Source: Candidatus Krumholzibacteriia bacterium
GTDB taxonomy: Bacteria > Krumholzibacteriota > Krumholzibacteriia > WVZY01
Length of the DNA: 64,000 bases
Assembly (NCBI GenBank): GCA_046754105.1
Contig: JBHHVD010000001.1
Location: 1 to 64,000 of the forward strand
Direction: 5' to 3'
Part shown: positions 58,172 through 64,000 of the stretch, piece by piece
Layout of the letters: each line of letters starts with the position of its first letter
Position numbering within the stretch: the first letter of the stretch is position 1
The notes under the pieces: generated by a model
What the model was told of the DNA's origin: nothing
What the model saw: only the letters and a program-made list of their open reading frames with translations
Database searches by the model: none
Program-made: the position numbers and the translations under genes

Positions 58172-59692
58172 ATGGCTTTTCGACCCGAAGAAGTAAGCTC
58201 GATCATCCAGACGGAACTGGAGAAGCACGAAACGACGCTCGAGACGGAGTCCGTCGGAACGATCCTCCAGATCGGCGACGGCATCGTGCGTATCTGGGGA
58301 CTGTGGGAGGCGATGGCGGGCGAGTTGATCGAGTTTCCCGGCGGCGTAATGGGCATGGTGCTAAACCTCGAAGAAGACAACGTGGGCGCCGTCCTCTTGG
58401 GGCCCGATACGGAGATCAAGGAAGGCGACACGGTCAAGCGAACGGGCAAGATCGTGCAGGTTCCCGTCGGTGACGGCCTGCTCGGAAGGGTCGTGAACTC
58501 GCTGGGGCAGCCTATCGACGGCAAGGGGCCCATCGTGGCCGACCAGTACCGTCCCGTGGAGACCATCGCCCCGAACGTCGTTCAGAGACAACCGGTGAAG
58601 GAGCCCCTCCATACGGGGCTAAAAGCCATCGACTCGATGATTCCCATCGGCCGGGGACAGCGGGAGCTGATCATCGGCGACCGGCAGACGGGAAAGACAG
58701 CCATCGCGATTGACACCATTATCAATCAAAAGGACACGGACGTATACTGTATCTACGTTGCAGTTGGCCAGAAGGAGTCGACCGTCGCACGCGTCGTGAA
58801 AGTGCTCGAGGAGCACGGCGCGATGGATTATACGATCGTTGTCAGCGCGTCCTCCAGCGAGCCGGCGCCGCTGCAGTTCCTGGCGCCCTACGCGGGATGC
58901 TCGATGGGTGAGCACCTGCGCGACTCCGGCAAGCATTCGGTCGTGTTCTACGACGATCTCTCGAAACACGCGCAGGCCTATCGCCAGTTGTCACTGCTGC
59001 TGAGACGGCCCCCGGGACGCGAGGCGTACCCCGGCGATGTATTCTACGTGCACTCGCGGCTGCTCGAAAGGGCTGCCAAGCTCAGCGATGAGCTCGGTGC
59101 GGGATCGCTGACCGCGCTCCCCATCATCGAGACCCAGTTGGGTGACGTAACGGCGTATATTCCAACCAACGTCATCTCGATCACGGACGGTCAGATCTTC
59201 CTGCAGGGCGACCTTTTCTATGCCGGTATCCGGCCGGCGATCAACGTCGGCATTTCAGTATCCAGGGTCGGCGGCAACGCCCAGACCAAGATGATGCGGC
59301 AGGTGGCCGGCCAGCTACGCCTCGACCTCGCCCAATACCGCGAACTGGTCGACTTCGCGCGTTTCGGTTCGGATCTCGATAAGTCCACCATCGCGCAGCT
59401 GACCCGGGGAGAGCGCATGGTCGAGATCTTGAAGCAGGACGAGTACGTGCCGCAACCCGTTCAAAAACAGGTCATGATCATTTTCGCCGCCAACCAGGGG
59501 CTACTCGACGATCTCGAACCCGAGTACCTGGCACGGTTCGAGAAGGAGTTCCTCGAGTTCATGGACGCGGATTACCCCGACGTGGTTCGCGACCTTGCCG
59601 GCGAACTCAAGATCAGCGAGAAGACCGGGGCGGAACTCACGGGAGCAGTGGAAAAGTTCAAGGCTCGATTTGTGGAGAGTATCCAGTCCTGA
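58172..59692 (+). CDS. atpA: F1 subunit alpha
   Basis: [20 protein letters not shown] and SVSRVGG motifs. Confidence 0.98.
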   Translation: MAFRPEEVSSIIQTELEKHETTLETESVGTILQIGDGIVRIWGLWEAMAGELIEFPGGVMGMVLNLEEDNVGAVLLGPDTEIKEGDTVKRTGKIVQVPVGDGLLGRVVNSLGQPIDGKGPIVADQYRPVETIAPNVVQRQPVKEPLHTGLKAIDSMIPIGRGQRELIIGDRQTGKTAIAIDTIINQKDTDVYCIYVAVGQKESTVARVVKVLEEHGAMDYTIVVSASSSEPAPLQFLAPYAGCSMGEHLRDSGKHSVVFYDDLSKHAQAYRQLSLLLRRPPGREAYPGDVFYVHSRLLERAAKLSDELGAGSLTALPIIETQLGDVTAYIPTNVISITDGQIFLQGDLFYAGIRPAINVGISVSRVGGNAQTKMMRQVAGQLRLDLAQYRELVDFARFGSDLDKSTIAQLTRGERMVEILKQDEYVPQPVQKQVMIIFAANQGLLDDLEPEYLARFEKEFLEFMDADYPDVVRDLAGELKISEKTGAELTGAVEKFKARFVESIQS

Positions 59693-59719
59693 TCCGGCGC
59701 GGAGAGCCGACAAAAAGCG

Positions 59720-60631
59720 ATGCCATCGTTACTGGACATAAAGGCCCGTATAAAGGCCGTCGAGAATATCAAGAAGATCACGCGGGCGATGCAGCTCGTC
59801 GCAGCCGCCAAGTTCAACCGCGCGCAGAATCGCGCTCGCTCGGCCCGCCCGTACAGTGACGAACTGGATACGGTTCTTGGAGCGCTGGCGGGCCTCTCCG
59901 AAGACGCGGCCGTTGATGAGACGCTCTCGCTGTCCTTCGTCGAGGAGCAGGCCCCGATCGTGGTCGACCGCGCCAGGTTGTTCCGGCAGGTAGAAGTCAA
60001 GTGCCCCGGCATAGTGCTCGTTACCGCCGACCGGGGGTTGTGCGGAGCGTTCAACACGCGCCTGATCCGGGCGGCGCTCGACTTCGTCAAGCGACACTCC
60101 GACAAGGACTGCCGGCTGATCACGATCGGCCGCAAAGGCCACACGTATTTCAAAAAGAGGGATATCCCCATACTCCACCACGAGGAGCACGTCAGCGACC
60201 GGCTCGTACTCGATGAGATCCGGCGTATTACCTCCACGCTGATTCGCTTTTTCGTGGAGGGTAAGGTCGACGCACTCTACATCATTTACTCGCAGTTCAA
60301 GACGGCGATGCGATCGGACGTGCGGACCGAAAAATTTCTCAGCATCCCCCCGGTGGAGGGAAAGAAGGAAGACGACGTCTACATTCTCGAACCCGGAGAG
60401 GAAGCGGTCTACGAGACACTGATACCGCTCTACGCCACGACCAAAATATTTGCGACCCTGGCGGATTCGTTTGCGTCCGAGTATGGCGCGAGGATGTCGG
60501 CGATGGCGTCGGCAACCAGCAACGCAGAAGAAATGCTCGAGGAGCAGATCCTGCTCCGTAACCGGATGCGCCAGGCGATCATCACGAAAGAACTGGCTGA
60601 AATCGTCGGAGGCGCTGCGTCCCAGGAATAG
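59720..60631 (+). CDS. atpG: F1 subunit gamma
   Basis: KITRAMQLVAAAK, DRGLCGAFN and RQAIITKELAEI motifs. Confidence 0.97.
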   Translation: MPSLLDIKARIKAVENIKKITRAMQLVAAAKFNRAQNRARSARPYSDELDTVLGALAGLSEDAAVDETLSLSFVEEQAPIVVDRARLFRQVEVKCPGIVLVTADRGLCGAFNTRLIRAALDFVKRHSDKDCRLITIGRKGHTYFKKRDIPILHHEEHVSDRLVLDEIRRITSTLIRFFVEGKVDALYIIYSQFKTAMRSDVRTEKFLSIPPVEGKKEDDVYILEPGEEAVYETLIPLYATTKIFATLADSFASEYGARMSAMASATSNAEEMLEEQILLRNRMRQAIITKELAEIVGGAASQE

Positions 60632-60708
60632 GAAAAGACGCGGCAATAGGTCGCCGGCAGCGGGTGCCTCGCGCGCCAAACAATCACAAGGCAGAAGGAG
60701 CGATGTAA

Positions 60709-62124
<1,416 letters not shown>

Positions 62125-62144
62125 CAACGGATGGAGAGTTTGCC

Positions 62145-62417
62145 TTGGCCGCTACCTTTCACTTCAAGATTCTAACCCCCAGCGACAATGTCCTGGCCGC
62201 GGACGTCGTGTCGATAGTCGCCCCCGGCGAAGCGGGTTACCTGGGGGTTCTGGCGAATCACGCTCCGTTGATCACGACACTCGTCCCCGGCACGTTGACC
62301 GTGAGCCGCGAGGGGATGGAAGACGTGTATTACCGAGTCGGGGGCGGGATCCTGCGCGTGGCCCGCAACTCCGCTGTCTTGCTGAGCGAAAGTGTTGAAG
62401 AAGCAGGAAGCGACTAA
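62145..62417 (+). CDS. atpC: F1 subunit epsilon, N-terminal domain only
   Basis: ILTP, PGEAGYLGVLANHAP and VGGG motifs; 90 aa with no C-terminal helical hairpin. Confidence 0.92.
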   Translation: MAATFHFKILTPSDNVLAADVVSIVAPGEAGYLGVLANHAPLITTLVPGTLTVSREGMEDVYYRVGGGILRVARNSAVLLSESVEEAGSD

Positions 62418-64000
62418 TGCTCGTCGGCGCCTCCGGCGGGTTCGGCGGCGGCGGCCGTCTCCCCGTCTTCGGGTGTCCGGTCGGCTTTGGTGGTTCCATG
62501 AAGAAACTGTTCTTCCGTGTCCACCGGTAGCGCGACGGTGAAAGTGCTTCCCTCGCCGTACTCGCTCTCGACCGACAACCTGCCTTTGTGCAGCTCGACG
62601 ATGTGCTTGGCGAGGGCCAACCCGATACCCATCCCCCCCCATTTTCGCGAGCTCGAACCATCCAGCTGCTGAAAGGTCTCGAAGATCGTACTGAGCTTGT
62701 CGGTGCGGATACCGGGCCCGGTATCCTTTACCGACATGTAAATCTCACCCCTCCGTGACCCCGTGCGTACCGTTACCGATCCCCCGTGGTCGGTGAATTT
62801 CACCGCATTCTGAATGAGGCACGTAACAACCTGCAGCAGCTGGGTGTTGTCCAGATACATCACGGGCAAGTTGCCCCCCGGTTTCAACGTCAGCCGGACG
62901 CCTTTATCCTTCGCTCTTCTCTCCAACTGCGGCCACACGGACCTGATAACGTCGTGGATATGTGAGAGAGACATGGTCAGTCTGCGGGCGGATATCTCCA
63001 GTTTCGAAAGATCCAGGAGGTTGTTGATCAACATTAACAGCTGCTCACCGTTCTCCTCGATGACTTCGAGGAAGGTGTCGCGGTTCTTGGCCGACAGATC
63101 CGGATCCTTCAACGATTCCGTGTAGGCGATGATGATGCTCAACGGTGTTCGCAACTCGTGGCTGATGTTGGCAAGAAACTCGCTCTTCATCCGATCGACC
63201 TGCGTTAACTTGCGGTTGACCTCCTGCAGATTCTTGTTTTGATGAATAATTTGCTGCTCGAGCATACGACGTTGTGACACGTTGTGCGCGATCATCTGGA
63301 TAAACAGGTCATCCTTGAACTTGATGAGGTTTGCGTTTATGTCCACGTAGATGACCGCCCCGTCTCGACCGATCATCCGGCGGTCCAGAAACGCCCTTTC
63401 CTTCTCGCTCAGAACGTTTATGAAATCGCGGCGCGCCAGGTACTGGTCCTCTTGCGCGAAGAGATCGAAATACGACCTGTCGAGCAGTTCCCTTTTGGTA
63501 TACCCGAGCACGCTCTGGCATTTGCGGTTGACTTCGATGAGCCGTCCCGTGTTTCGATCGACGGTCATGATGATGTCGTTGGCCGTCTCCAGCAGAACCT
63601 TGTAGCGCCGGCTCAGCTCCTGCGCCTCGAGCCGGAGGAGCGTATGCTCGATGGCCAGGCTGGCGAAACTCGCGCAGTTCTGGAGCACCTCCAGGTCGTT
63701 GTCGCTGAAGGCATAGGGCCGGTAGCTGCCGACGTTCAAAGTGCCGATGAGCTCGCCCCTCAACGTCAAGGGCACGACCATATCGCTGCGCAGCGGCTCC
63801 TCGGTCACTACTTCCTCGAACTGACCGTGATCCCGAATGTCCAGGCGCACGAAGGGCTGGTTGTGAATCGCGACCCACCCAATGACTGAATCCTTGTTTA
63901 TGGGTATCTCGCGCCCGTCTCCGAATTTTTCCTCTTTATCGGAGCCCTTATGGATACTGCGGAGGATGAGCGCGTCCTTGCCCGGTGTCAAAAAGGCAAC
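62414..64000 (-). CDS. GAF-PAS histidine kinase (5' end lies outside the window)
   Basis: GAF and PAS domains; [25 protein letters not shown] and GMGIGL; reading frame open to the window edge. Confidence 0.9.
   Translation of the reverse strand, partial: VAFLTPGKDALILRSIHKGSDKEEKFGDGREIPINKDSVIGWVAIHNQPFVRLDIRDHGQFEEVVTEEPLRSDMVVPLTLRGELIGTLNVGSYRPYAFSDNDLEVLQNCASFASLAIEHTLLRLEAQELSRRYKVLLETANDIIMTVDRNTGRLIEVNRKCQSVLGYTKRELLDRSYFDLFAQEDQYLARRDFINVLSEKERAFLDRRMIGRDGAVIYVDINANLIKFKDDLFIQMIAHNVSQRRMLEQQIIHQNKNLQEVNRKLTQVDRMKSEFLANISHELRTPLSIIIAYTESLKDPDLSAKNRDTFLEVIEENGEQLLMLINNLLDLSKLEISARRLTMSLSHIHDVIRSVWPQLERRAKDKGVRLTLKPGGNLPVMYLDNTQLLQVVTCLIQNAVKFTDHGGSVTVRTGSRRGEIYMSVKDTGPGIRTDKLSTIFETFQQLDGSSSRKWGGMGIGLALAKHIVELHKGRLSVESEYGEGSTFTVALPVDTEEQFLHGTTKADRTPEDGETAAAAEPAGGADEH

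Overview
GC-rich chromosomal window from a diderm bacterium; the gene mix suggests an uncultured FCB-group-like organism, but that is only an impression. Contents from left to right: (1) a pgaD-pgaC-pgaA-pgaB-like PNAG exopolysaccharide operon on the minus strand with a sigma54-type promoter; (2) a GAF-GAF-PP2C phosphatase and Mrp/ApbC; (3) a ~1.5 kb AT-richer intergenic region with five TGTMAA-N6-KTGACA palindromes between two divergent sigma54-like promoters; (4) a second synthase-type glycan locus (GT2, exported protein, YaiO-like barrel, WecB); (5) a phosphorelay with a c-type-heme (CxxCH) hybrid kinase; (6) a DUF3179-type gene with an in-frame TGA and a SECIS-like hairpin (probable selenoprotein); (7) tRNA-Asn, MscS, a CBS protein and an arylsulfotransferase; (8) a four-gene, 13 kb DUF11/Ig-like surface operon; (9) a divergent NtrB/NtrC-like pair; (10) two cation:proton antiporters plus a P-II-like protein; (11) an M1 aminopeptidase fused to an Omp85-like barrel; (12) cell-envelope sugar genes and gpmI; (13) a complete F0F1 ATP synthase operon with a truncated epsilon subunit; (14) a partial GAF-PAS histidine kinase. 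The strongest candidate for an undescribed system is the DUF11 operon. Its sequences suggest a sortase-free fibre polymerised head-to-tail by donor-strand complementation of split DUF11 domains, possibly locked by intermolecular Lys-Asn isopeptide bonds, with a chaperone-like subunit, an OmpA-barrel anchor and a tip adhesin. All calls come from reading motifs by eye; no database searches were run.
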